Of a stretch of DNA of 64,000 bases, positions 54,623 to 64,000 are shown in pieces. Origin of the DNA: Patescibacteria group bacterium (lineage in GTDB: Bacteria > Patescibacteriota > Minisyncoccia > JAHIHE01 > JAGLIN01); NCBI GenBank assembly GCA_029210775.1, contig JARGGI010000001.1, forward strand, positions 16,493-80,492, given 5' to 3'. The stretch's first letter is position 1; each line of letters opens with the position of its first letter. The notes beneath the pieces are model-generated. The model worked only from the letters and a program-made list of their open reading frames with translations. It ran no database searches and had not been told where the DNA came from. A program made the position numbers and the translations under genes.

Positions 54623-55303
54623 ATGAAAAGATCAAAACGTTATAAAGACGCAAAGAAAAAAATAGACAGAGTTAAAGTCTATAAAGTTAGTGAAGCAATT
54701 AAGTTGCTAAGCGAAAATGCAAACGCAAAATTTGATGAAAGCGTTGAAATTCATATCAAAACAAATATCAACCCCAAACAATCTGATCAACAAATTCGAG
54801 GGTCCATCGTGCTTCCTCATGGAACGGGAAAAGAGAAAAAAATTGCAGTTTTTGCAGAAGGGGACGCAGCAAAAGAAGCAAAAGATGCTGGTGCTGACAT
54901 TATCGGAGGCGAAGAGCTTATTGCAAAAATAAAACAAACAAAACAAGCTGACTTTGATATCGCAGTTGCAACTCCAGATATGATGCGAAAGCTTGCAATT
55001 ATTGCGAAAATTTTAGGTCCAAAAGGTATTATGCCTTCACCAAAAACAGAAACTGTTACGACTGATATCAAAAAAACTGTTGAACAACTGAAGAAAGGTA
55101 AATTAAACTTCAAAAATGATGACTCTGGAAATATTCACCAACTAATTGGAAAGGTGTCTTTTGGAGAAGAAAAATTATTAGAAAATGCCAATGCATTTAT
55201 CCAAACTATGAAAGATGTAAAACCAAGCGGAGCAAAAGGTGATTATATAAAAAATATTGTAATCACTTCCACTATGGGAGTTGGTATTAAAATTAATTTG
55301 TAA
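54623..55303 (+). CDS. rplA: 50S ribosomal protein L1
   Basis: KFDESVEIHIKTNINPKQSDQQIRGSIVLPHGTGK. Confidence 0.95.
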   Translation: MKRSKRYKDAKKKIDRVKVYKVSEAIKLLSENANAKFDESVEIHIKTNINPKQSDQQIRGSIVLPHGTGKEKKIAVFAEGDAAKEAKDAGADIIGGEELIAKIKQTKQADFDIAVATPDMMRKLAIIAKILGPKGIMPSPKTETVTTDIKKTVEQLKKGKLNFKNDDSGNIHQLIGKVSFGEEKLLENANAFIQTMKDVKPSGAKGDYIKNIVITSTMGVGIKINL

Positions 55304-55369
55304 TTTTTAGATAGCAAATAATAAAATTTGTATATTGATCTAAATATACAAATTTTAATTTAAAAAGCA

Positions 55370-56497
55370 ATGATAGAAAATAAAATTGGCGCATTGCCGG
55401 CACAATATATCAGAAAAATGTTCTCTGAAAGTGAAATACTTAATTCTGATGAAAAAAATATTCAACCCGCTAGTATAGACTTAAGCGTTTCTAAAGAAGG
55501 ATATAGAATGAGAGGAACTTTTTTGCCAAAAAAATCAGAATCAATTCGTGATATAATCAAATCAGAGTCTATCTATAAAATAGACTTGGACAATCCATTA
55601 GAAAAAAATGGAGTGTATTTAATTAAATTAAATGAAGAGCTAAATCTTTCCAAAGAAAAATTTGCATTTACATCTTCAAAAAGTTCAATTGGAAGAATTG
55701 ACCTACAAACAAGATTGGTTGTTGATGGCTATTCTCGATTTGACGGAGTTCCCTGTGGATATAAAGGCGAACTCTGGCTTCAAATAATTCCAAAATCTTT
55801 TCTTATAAAGCTTAATGTTGGAGATAAGTTAACTCAAATTAGATTTTTTAATGGTGAAGCAAAAATTAATAATGGAGAAATTACAAAAGTTTATGAGAAA
55901 TATAAATTACTTTTTGATAAATCTCAAAATTTTATTCCATCTGAAGAAGGTCTCGCTCAAAATAATAGAAATAATATAGTAATGACAATTGAATTGGGTG
56001 GTGAAAATGATAACCAAGTCATTGGTTATAAAAATTTATTAGTAGATCAAGTTGTCGATTTGTCAAAAATAAACTATTATAATGCTGATGAATTTTTTGA
56101 ACCTATAATTTCTCCAAAAAACGGAAAGCTTATACTTGAAAAAGATTCATTTTATATTTTTTATACAAAAGAGTTTATTAGAATTCCCAATGAATTTTCT
56201 TCGGAAATGATTGCTTATGATATATCAAATGGAGAATTCCGTTCTCATTATGCAGGTTTTTTTGATCCTGGATTTGGTTATGGACAAAACGGTGAAATAA
56301 AAGGAAGACAAGCTGTTTTGGAAGTCAGGTCATACGACAGTAATTTAGTCTTTAGAGATGGACAACCTATATGTCAAATGAGTTTTGAAAATTTAATTGA
56401 ACAAACAGAATTCGTTTATGGACTTGAAATTGGTTCTAACTATGTAAATCAAAATGGACCGAAATTAAGTAAATATTTTAAGTCTGAAGTTAAATAA
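55370..56497 (+). CDS. 2'-deoxycytidine 5'-triphosphate deaminase, long DCD family
   Basis: IQPASIDLSVSKEGYRMRGTFLP resembles DCD-family N-terminal signature; about 370 aa. Confidence 0.6.
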   Translation: MIENKIGALPAQYIRKMFSESEILNSDEKNIQPASIDLSVSKEGYRMRGTFLPKKSESIRDIIKSESIYKIDLDNPLEKNGVYLIKLNEELNLSKEKFAFTSSKSSIGRIDLQTRLVVDGYSRFDGVPCGYKGELWLQIIPKSFLIKLNVGDKLTQIRFFNGEAKINNGEITKVYEKYKLLFDKSQNFIPSEEGLAQNNRNNIVMTIELGGENDNQVIGYKNLLVDQVVDLSKINYYNADEFFEPIISPKNGKLILEKDSFYIFYTKEFIRIPNEFSSEMIAYDISNGEFRSHYAGFFDPGFGYGQNGEIKGRQAVLEVRSYDSNLVFRDGQPICQMSFENLIEQTEFVYGLEIGSNYVNQNGPKLSKYFKSEVK

Positions 56498-56529
56498 TAA
56501 TCTCGTTTTATTATTTATATAAAACAAAG

Positions 56530-58038
56530 ATGAAAAAAATCAAAAATGCAAACTGGCCTGCCTATAAAAATAAAATGTTAATAGTCGGAAATAAAAAAAG
56601 TCAAGTAGCTGTATGTACTTTATGGACAAAGAAAGAAATGGTAGGTCAAATTTTAGATTTAAAAACAGTCGCAGTGATTGGTAATTTATACTCTCCTAAA
56701 AAGGGGGTTAGTTTTTTAATTAGAAATATTTTAGCAAATCCAAATATTAGATATTTGATTGTTTGTGGCTTGGACAATTCAAAAAGTGGGCAAGTTTTGA
56801 TTGATTTTTCAAATAACGGATTTAAAGGAATTACAGATGAAAAAAATAATCTTTTATATTGGCAAGTAATTAGTGAAACAGAAAATAAAATAGATACTGA
56901 AATTGAAAGAGAAGCTATAGAACTATTTAGAGAAAAAGTAAAAATTATTGATCTTAGAAATGAAAGAAATTTTAAAGAGATTCAAGAGAAAATTAATTTT
57001 TTAGATCAAAACCTTCCTCCCTTCTCCTGCGAGCCTTTAATTTTTCCAGATGAAAAAAAAGATACTGTAGAAAGTTTTCCATCTGAAGACTCAGTACATA
57101 CTATTCGAGGAAAAAAAATAGCTGAAACTTGGTTGAAAATTCTTGATCATATTTTAAGATTTGGAAGAACCGATCAAACTTCTTATCAAAATCAGCAAAA
57201 AGAAATCATAGATATTGTTTCTGTAATCACTGATGAAGATCCTGAAAATCTCTATATTCCCGAGTGGCTGCCTAATGATGCTGAGCATATGAAAGAATAT
57301 GCACCAACTGTTTTATCTGCATTTTGCCCTCAAGGAGCCGCCTATACATATGGCTCCAGAATGAGAAGCTATTTTGGAGTTGATCAAATTCAGGAGGTAA
57401 TCAATCGAATTAGGGAGGAAAAACATACTCGCAGGGCTATGGTAAATCTTTTAGATCCAAGAGTTGATTCTTATAGTAAAAATCCGCCATGTCTAAATCA
57501 TTGTTGGTTTAGAGTACAAGGAGATAAATTACATTTAGTAGCGACACTAAGAAGCAATGATATGTTTGATGCTTGGCCAGAAAATGCACTTGCGTTGCGG
57601 CTTTTGCAAAATATTGTTTTCAAGAAAATAGTAAAATCTTATTCAGAAGTTAAGCTTGGTAATCTTGTAATTCATTCATTGTCAGCTCATATCTACGATG
57701 ATTCATGGAAGGAGGCTAAAAAAATTGTCGAACAACATCACAAGGCAGTGTTTCCTAGTGCAAATCTTGAACAGGACTGTAGGGGAAATTTCATAATAAC
57801 AGTTGAAAACTCTGAAATTGTGGTTGAGCACTATTCTTCTAACGAAACACTTTTAGCGACTTATAGGAATAAAAAGGCGATGCCAATATACTTTGAAATG
57901 AGTAGAAACGGAGCAGTTTCAGTTATATCACATGCTTTATATATTGGTACAGAACTGCAAAAAGCTGAATTAGCAATAAAACTAATGCTACCCTACAAGC
58001 AGGATATTGAATTAAATATAAACAAGCTCAAAATATAA
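56530..58038 (+). CDS. thymidylate synthase (ThyA-fold) with about 250-aa N-terminal extension of unknown function
   Basis: C-terminal half: RRAMVNLLDP...NPPCLNHCWFRVQGDKLHLVATLRSNDMFDAWPENA aligns to ThyA RR...NP..PPCH..QFYV.DGKLSCQLYQRSCD..LGLPFNIA (catalytic Cys and Asn conserved). Confidence 0.7.
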   Translation: MKKIKNANWPAYKNKMLIVGNKKSQVAVCTLWTKKEMVGQILDLKTVAVIGNLYSPKKGVSFLIRNILANPNIRYLIVCGLDNSKSGQVLIDFSNNGFKGITDEKNNLLYWQVISETENKIDTEIEREAIELFREKVKIIDLRNERNFKEIQEKINFLDQNLPPFSCEPLIFPDEKKDTVESFPSEDSVHTIRGKKIAETWLKILDHILRFGRTDQTSYQNQQKEIIDIVSVITDEDPENLYIPEWLPNDAEHMKEYAPTVLSAFCPQGAAYTYGSRMRSYFGVDQIQEVINRIREEKHTRRAMVNLLDPRVDSYSKNPPCLNHCWFRVQGDKLHLVATLRSNDMFDAWPENALALRLLQNIVFKKIVKSYSEVKLGNLVIHSLSAHIYDDSWKEAKKIVEQHHKAVFPSANLEQDCRGNFIITVENSEIVVEHYSSNETLLATYRNKKAMPIYFEMSRNGAVSVISHALYIGTELQKAELAIKLMLPYKQDIELNINKLKI

Positions 58039-58093
58039 ATTAAAGCTGATTTGGTCTTAATATTTTCATAATAAATCAAAAATATAAAATTAA

Positions 58094-58702
58094 ATGAAAA
58101 AAACAAATGCAAAAGGAAAATTAATTGTTCTGTATGGCATAAATAATTTAGGCAAAACTACACAAGCGAATATGATAGTAGATTATTTTAATAAAAAAAA
58201 TATAAATACAGAATATATAAAATATCCGATTTATAACCAAAAACCCACTGGAAAATTAATAAATGAATATTTAAGAGGTGGCAATCCAAATAATTTTAAT
58301 CCAAGAGAATTTCAGATTTTGCAATATGTTAATAAGGTAAATTTTGAAAACACTCTTAAGAAAAAATTAAATAATGGTGTTAATATTATTGCAGAAGATT
58401 ATTCAGGAACATCCATTGCTTGGGGTGCTAGTGCGGGAGTTGATATAAAGTTTTTAGAATATCTATATTCTTTCGCATATAAAGAAGATTTGGCAATTTT
58501 ATTTGATGGTAAAAGATTTACTGATTCCATAGAAAAAAATCATAAGCATGAAAACAATAATGTCCTTATTGAGAGAGTTAGGCAAGTTCATTTAGAGTTG
58601 GCTGAAAAATATAATTGGCAAAAAATTGATGCAAATCAGACCATTAACGAAATACATTGTAAGATTTTAAAAATCATAAATAAAATAATAATAAATAACT
58701 AG
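58094..58702 (+). CDS. tmk: thymidylate (dNMP) kinase-like
   Basis: P-loop IVLYGINNLGKTTQ, DYSGTSIAWGA (DRY-like) lid region. Confidence 0.65.
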   Translation: MKKTNAKGKLIVLYGINNLGKTTQANMIVDYFNKKNINTEYIKYPIYNQKPTGKLINEYLRGGNPNNFNPREFQILQYVNKVNFENTLKKKLNNGVNIIAEDYSGTSIAWGASAGVDIKFLEYLYSFAYKEDLAILFDGKRFTDSIEKNHKHENNNVLIERVRQVHLELAEKYNWQKIDANQTINEIHCKILKIINKIIINN

Positions 58703-58861
58703 TGGATAAACATTGATTATATGCAGAATGAGAAACTGTAAAGCACGCTAAAGTAAGAAAATTAATATGGAAATGAATAGAAATATTAATAAAATAAATA
58801 TATAAATATTATGCTGAAAATTAAAATTCGAAAAATTATCTAATCAATTAATTCAAAAACT

Positions 58862-59401
58862 ATGATTTTAGGAGTTGATCAATTATTAAAATTAGTAGAA
58901 GAAAAAAATTTAGTAGAGAATTTGTCAGAGAGAGAATTAACTAATCCAGAGGGGGCTGGATTTGATTTGCGATTAGGCGAAATTTATGAGCTGAATGGAA
59001 ATAGTTTCCTTGGAGTCGAAGAAAGAAAAACTCCAAAAGTAGAATTATTAGAAAAGTATAATTCTGATAAAAAATCCAGTTTTATATTTAAACCAGGCTG
59101 TTTCTATTTGATAAAAACAATTGAAAGTGTAAATATACCTGAGAATATATTGACCCTTTTTACGCCCAGAACTACCATTTTTAGATCAGGTATGATGATT
59201 TTTACTGCTACTTGCTCTCCAGGTTATTGTGGTGAGCTTACTTTTGCTGTTGCTAATTTTGGTACTTGTGAGGTCGAAATAGAAATGGGAGCACGTGTAG
59301 TGCATGCAATGTTTTTTCAAATTGAAGGAAAAACAAATCTATATCGCGGGCAATGGCAGGGTGGGAGAGTTAGTACTGAAAAAAAAGAAAAGCAGGTTTA
59401 G
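58862..59401 (+). CDS. dCTP deaminase/dUTPase-superfamily protein (Dcd-like)
   Basis: MILGVDQLLKL...GAGFDLRLGEIY...trimeric dUTPase-fold blocks. Confidence 0.65.
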   Translation: MILGVDQLLKLVEEKNLVENLSERELTNPEGAGFDLRLGEIYELNGNSFLGVEERKTPKVELLEKYNSDKKSSFIFKPGCFYLIKTIESVNIPENILTLFTPRTTIFRSGMMIFTATCSPGYCGELTFAVANFGTCEVEIEMGARVVHAMFFQIEGKTNLYRGQWQGGRVSTEKKEKQV

Positions 59402-59740
59402 AATAAAAGCCAAATAGAGTAATTTGCTCTTCTTTAATATTCCTGTAAATACTGTCTAAACAGGGAATTTGCCCTTAAGAGGTTTTAAATTATCTAAATG
59501 AAGTCCTAAAAGAGCTTGTCCTGAATTCAGCTCAGAGATGAAATTCCGTGAATAATTAATGGATATATCAAATAAAACTAATAATTTCAGAAGGAATAAA
59601 TTGCCCTAATAAGTCAAAAGTTTAAATTACACACAATGCAGAAAAGACGGATTTGGAAGCACTGGAATTAAATGATCAAAAATATATAAAGCCTGTGGAT
59701 AATAACTGGTAATTGATTCTGTCTGTCGCAGCAATATGAT

Positions 59741-61317
59741 AATGTCATAGTATAGCAATTTAGAAATGTCATACCTGATTGCTAATTATTTCATAACTGT
59801 TTAGATAATAATATTAATTATTAATCTAAATTACTATAACTAACAGACTAATTAGTATGGCGAAAAAAGAGTTAGATAGATATGGCATTATCAAAAACTT
59901 AATTGATGGAAAGATAAATGGCACAGACGCTTTCAAGCAAGTTGGCATATCTATCCGCCAGATAAAAAGATTGAAGGCTAAGATAATTAAACTTGGTCCT
60001 TAAGGATTGATTCACGGAAATTGTGGTTATAGCAGTAACAGGAAATTAAATCCCAAGATCATTGAAGAAGTCAAAAAATATCTAAAGGAAAAGTATTATG
60101 ACTTCAAACCAACCTTTGCCTCAGAAAAATTAGCCGAGAATCATGATATTAAAATTACCTTGAATTACGAAATTCAATATATTTGTCACCCTGAGTTTGT
60201 CGAAGAGTGAAAAATGCGTCAAATTTATCATAGTTAGACAAGCTCACTATGACAAATTTAGCTATTTCGTAATTCAAAGAAATTAATAAAGAAACAACAA
60301 GGAGAATTATGACAGAAATAGGGCTCTATAATCCCAAATCAAGAAAACAGCCAAAGAAAAGGTATGTTTGGAGAGAAAGAAAGGATAACTACGTCGAGAT
60401 ACAACAATTTGATGGATCATATCATAATTGGTTTGGGAAAGAAAGTTGTTTACTTCTATCAGTTGATGACGCTACAGGAAAAATAACTCACGCTAAATTT
60501 GATTATAACGAAGGAACTGTGGCTGTGTTTAAGTTCTATCTTGAATATTTTAATCAAAATGGGCTACCATTATTAATATATTTGGATAAATTCAGCACAT
60601 ACAAAGTTAACCATAAAAACGCTGTTGATAACAAAGATTTAATAACACAATTTCAAAGAGCAATAAATCAAGTTGATTTAAATCCCATTACAGCTCATAG
60701 CCTTGAGGCTAAGGACCGTGTGGAAAGAATGAACGGAATGTTACAAGACAGATTAGTTAAAGAACTGAGATTGGCTAATATTAAGACAATAGAAAAGGCT
60801 AATGAATTTTTAAAAGAATATATTCCTAAATTCAATGCTAAGTTTGCCGTAGTTCCAAAACGAGAAGCTAATTTACACAAAGAATTGGATAAAAAAATGA
60901 AAGAAAGATTACCACAGATTTTCTCAGTTCAAAATGAAAGAAAAGTTAATATTAATTACACTGTGAGATTTAAGAATAAGTTTTACCAGCTTAATGAAAC
61001 ACAGCCGACTACTGTCTATAAAAAAGATTCAGTCGTGATAGAAGAACATTTGAACGGAACAGTGAAGATTAATTTAAAGGGACATTATTTAAATTATCTG
61101 GAATTGCCAGAAAGACCGAAAAAAGAAATAAATATCAAATTGCCGGCAATCACTAACAGAAAACAATCATCATGGAAACCACCTATAAATCATCCCTGGA
61201 GAAGATGCTCATTCACTTTTAAAAAGAAGGTAAACATTGAACAATTAATTACTAATTAAGATTTATTAAATATACTATGGGTATGACATTTCTAAATTGC
61301 TCAAGGTATGACATTTA
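59741..61317 (+). mobile_element. IS element (about 1.58 kb) with near-perfect about 21-35 bp terminal inverted repeats and DDE (rve-like) transposase broken into 3 ORFs
   Basis: Left GCAATTTTAGAAATGTCATACC (59754-59775) vs right GGTATGACATTTCTAAATTGC (61280-61300); extended imperfect IR from ATGTCATA... on both sides. Confidence 0.75.
59856..61259 (+). pseudogene. DDE transposase (integrase-core type; ISNCY/IS481-like guess) interrupted by stop/frameshifts: HTH ORF 59856-60003, middle 60007-60210, catalytic 60309-61259
   Basis: ORF1 ends TAA then GLIHGNCGYSSNRK continues in +1 frame; catalytic part has D (LSVDDATG), D (IYLDKFSTY), E (HSLEAKDRVER). Confidence 0.65.
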
Positions 61318-61488
61318 AATACCTTAATCATTGACATTTATTTATTTTAATACTATAATGTTTAAGTATTAAATAGTAATAAATTATTAGCTTAGATATG
61401 ATAGCAATAAGGTCCAAGCGGGCTTAGTTTGTGTTATAGTATTATTTCAGTTATAGTATAAATTTTATAATTAAATTAAATAAAGAAT

Positions 61489-63567
61489 ATGCCCAGAAAA
61501 TATGCTATTGGTAAATTTCGCAATATAGGGATTATTGCACACATAGATGCCGGAAAAACAACAGTTTCCGAGCGAATTTTGTTTTATACAGGAATTAGCC
61601 ATAAGATTGGAGAAGTCCATAACGGAGAAGCTACTATGGATTGGATGGAACAAGAACAAGAAAGAGGAATAACAATTACATCTGCTGCGACGACTTGTTT
61701 TTGGAAAGAACATCAAATAAATATTATAGATACTCCCGGACACGTTGACTTTACTGCTGAAGTTGAAAGGAGCTTAAGAATTCTTGATGGAGGCGTTGTT
61801 GTTTTTGATGGCGTGGCAGGAGTTGAATCTCAAAGCGAAACTGTCTGGCATCAAGCTGATAAATATAAAGTTCCAAGAATTTGTTTTATAAATAAGATGG
61901 ATAGAACTGGAGCGGATTTTTATAAAAGTTTTAATTCTATTCTTGAGAGGTTGAATAAAAATGCAGTAGCAATCCAACTTCCAATTGGATCTGAAGAAAA
62001 ATTTGAAGGAACAATTAATCTTGTAAATAGAAAAGCATATTATTTTGAAGGAGATCACGGAGAAAAGGTGGTTGAAAAAGAGATTCCAGAAGATATGAAA
62101 GAAAAAGTTGAAAGCTGGAGATCTGAAATGATTGAAAAAATTGTTGAACATGATGATATGCTAATGGAAAAATATCTTGCAAGTGAGGAAATTTCAGAAA
62201 TTGAAATTGAAGATGGAATAAAAAAAGCAACAATTGCAAATGAAATTTTTCCAGTTATGACTGGAACTGCTTTGAAGAATAAAGGAGTACAGCTTGTTTT
62301 AGATGCAGTTATAAATTATCTACCATCTCCACTTGAAATTCCTGCAATTATAGGAATTAATCCTAAGACAAAAAAAGAAGAAGAAAGAAAAACTGATGAT
62401 AATCAACCACTTTCAATTTTGGCTTTTAAGGTTGCAACAGATCCATTCGTTGGGCAGTTAGCATTTTTTAGGGTCTATTCAGGATCTTTAAAAGCTGGAT
62501 CCTATGTTCTCAATTCAACAAATGGGAAAAAAGAAAGAATTGGAAGAATACTTCGAATGCATGCAAATCATCGTGAAGAAGTTGATGAAATTTTTGCAGG
62601 AGACATCGCAGCTACTATCGGACTAAAAGACACTACGACGGGAAATACCCTATGTGATGAAAAATATCCTATCATATTAGAAAATATTACTTTTCCAGAG
62701 CCGGTTATTTCAATTGCTGTTGAACCGAAAACGAAAGCAGATCAAGAAAAAATGGGAATGGCTCTCAAAAAACTTTCTGATGAAGATCCAACTTTCAAAG
62801 TTCACACAGATGAAGAAACGGGACAGACAATTCTTTCAGGAATGGGAGAACTTCATTTGGAAGTTTTGATTGACAGAATGATGCGTGAAATGAAAGTGGA
62901 GGCAAATATTGGAAGACCAAGAGTAGCATATAGAGAAACAATCAAAGATACTGCTGAATCTGAAGGTAAATATGTAAGACAATCTGGAGGTCGTGGACAA
63001 TATGGACATGTTTGGATTCGAATTGAACCACTTGAGAGAGGAACTGGTTTTGAGTTTGTTAATGAAATCAAGGGAGGTGTAATTCCTCAAGAATATATAA
63101 AACCAACACAAAAAGGAATTGAAGAAGTTTTAACGAAAGGAGTTATTTCGGGTCATCCAGTAATAGATGTTAAAGTAACTTTGTATGATGGTTCTTATCA
63201 TGAAGTTGATTCATCGGAGTCGGCTTTTAAGATTGCAGGTTCAATTGCTTTTCAAGCAGCTTTTAGAAAAGCAGACCCAGTTATTTTAGAACCAATTATG
63301 AAAGTTGAAACAATAACTCCAGAACAATTTATGGGAGATGTTGTTGGTGATTTGAGTTCCAAGAGAGGACAAATTGATAATATGGGAGAACGTGGGCAAT
63401 CAAAAGTTGTTACAGCTCTTGTGCCACTTTCTTCAATGTTTGGATATGCCACACAACTTCGTTCAATGACACAAGGTCGTGGAAACTATTCAATGGAATT
63501 TGATCATTATCAAGAAGTGCCAAAAAATATAACTGATGAAATTATTGGGGAAAAAGATAAGAAATAA
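61489..63567 (+). CDS. fusA: elongation factor G
   Basis: [21 protein letters not shown]; full five-domain EF-G. Confidence 0.95.
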   Translation: MPRKYAIGKFRNIGIIAHIDAGKTTVSERILFYTGISHKIGEVHNGEATMDWMEQEQERGITITSAATTCFWKEHQINIIDTPGHVDFTAEVERSLRILDGGVVVFDGVAGVESQSETVWHQADKYKVPRICFINKMDRTGADFYKSFNSILERLNKNAVAIQLPIGSEEKFEGTINLVNRKAYYFEGDHGEKVVEKEIPEDMKEKVESWRSEMIEKIVEHDDMLMEKYLASEEISEIEIEDGIKKATIANEIFPVMTGTALKNKGVQLVLDAVINYLPSPLEIPAIIGINPKTKKEEERKTDDNQPLSILAFKVATDPFVGQLAFFRVYSGSLKAGSYVLNSTNGKKERIGRILRMHANHREEVDEIFAGDIAATIGLKDTTTGNTLCDEKYPIILENITFPEPVISIAVEPKTKADQEKMGMALKKLSDEDPTFKVHTDEETGQTILSGMGELHLEVLIDRMMREMKVEANIGRPRVAYRETIKDTAESEGKYVRQSGGRGQYGHVWIRIEPLERGTGFEFVNEIKGGVIPQEYIKPTQKGIEEVLTKGVISGHPVIDVKVTLYDGSYHEVDSSESAFKIAGSIAFQAAFRKADPVILEPIMKVETITPEQFMGDVVGDLSSKRGQIDNMGERGQSKVVTALVPLSSMFGYATQLRSMTQGRGNYSMEFDHYQEVPKNITDEIIGEKDKK

Positions 63568-63590
63568 AATATAGAACAAGTTTAATATAA

Positions 63591-63627
63591 AATAAGAATG
63601 TCTATTTATGATATTCTTATTTTTTTG
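63591..63627 (+). terminator. rho-independent terminator after fusA
   Basis: AATAAGAAT-gtctatttatgat-ATTCTTATTTTTTT. Confidence 0.7.
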
Positions 63628-63702
63628 TAACTATTTATAATATGTATTTTTTTTGGTATAATAATTTTGACAGAAAAATTTCAAAAAATAATAAATTTAA
63701 GT

Positions 63703-64000
63703 ATGAAACGACATAGAATTTGGTATAAAAGAGAGTTATTTAAAAATCATTTTAAGTCATATAAAAATTGGGATGATTATAATATTCCTTCTGGAGACAA
63801 GCAGATTGGAAGATATAAGACAGATGCTATTCAATGCAAAAACCCGGATTGTTCAAGAGAGGGAATGTTCATAAGTGAACATGAAGCATTTTATTGTTTT
63901 GCAAGTCAGTCGTATTTGAAAAAAATTAAGAAAAAACTATTAATAATGAGAAAAAAGAAAAAAAACAGTATATATGTTTGCCCATTTTGTGGCGGAAATG
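63703..64000 (+). CDS. partial ORF (runs off window end), Cys-containing hypothetical protein
   Basis: ATG at 63703, no stop to 64000; CxxC ... CPFCGG. Confidence 0.3.
   Translation, partial: MKRHRIWYKRELFKNHFKSYKNWDDYNIPSGDKQIGRYKTDAIQCKNPDCSREGMFISEHEAFYCFASQSYLKKIKKKLLIMRKKKKNSIYVCPFCGGN

Noticed and set aside
55370-59401. Phage-type dCMP hydroxymethylase hypermodification system
   Set aside because: The ThyA-like domain keeps Asn at the base-specifying position (PEN aligned to PFN), favouring dUMP. There are no glucosyltransferase or phage structural genes nearby. Retained only as a lower-probability alternative in the findings.

Overview
AT-rich (about 30% GC) bacterial chromosome segment with compact genes. 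The gene content and the oddities (an rRNA operon interrupted by a protein gene, a multi-domain chimeric LeuRS, large Cys-rich surface proteins) fit an uncultivated small-genome lineage such as CPR/Patescibacteria; this is inference, not proven. Contents: (1) an rRNA operon 16S - tRNA-Ile(GAU) - tRNA-Ala(UGC) - [membrane-protein CDS with its own SD and terminator] - 23S - 5S. (2) Housekeeping genes: ftsW/rodA-like, glyQS, leuS, metG, rsmI, tatD, typA, xseAB, secE-nusG-rplK...rplA, fusA, and a dCTP-deaminase/thyA-like/tmk/dut-like cluster. (3) A roughly 9.3 kb surface-protein locus (32.0-41.3 kb): two paralogous vWA proteins, a SipW-like (archaeal-type) signal peptidase I, an Ig-like anchored protein, and two large Cys-rich adhesin-like proteins. 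Two of them share a synonymously conserved post-signal motif EAHVINVTAKIEN. Inverted arrays of a miniature palindromic element family (TGTCATT termini) bracket most of the locus. (4) At least 10 dispersed copies of that MITE-like family, one inserted in-frame in the leuS editing domain. (5) leuS encodes a 1354-aa LeuRS carrying embedded Nudix, ASCH-like and HAM1/ITPase domains. (6) A single-gene (DUF2207-like) insertion at the leuS 3' end flanked by duplicated sequence. (7) A roughly 1.58 kb IS element with a transposase broken into 3 ORFs. (8) Two further conserved intergenic repeat families (about 165 bp and about 130 bp). No CRISPR arrays or cas genes were seen.
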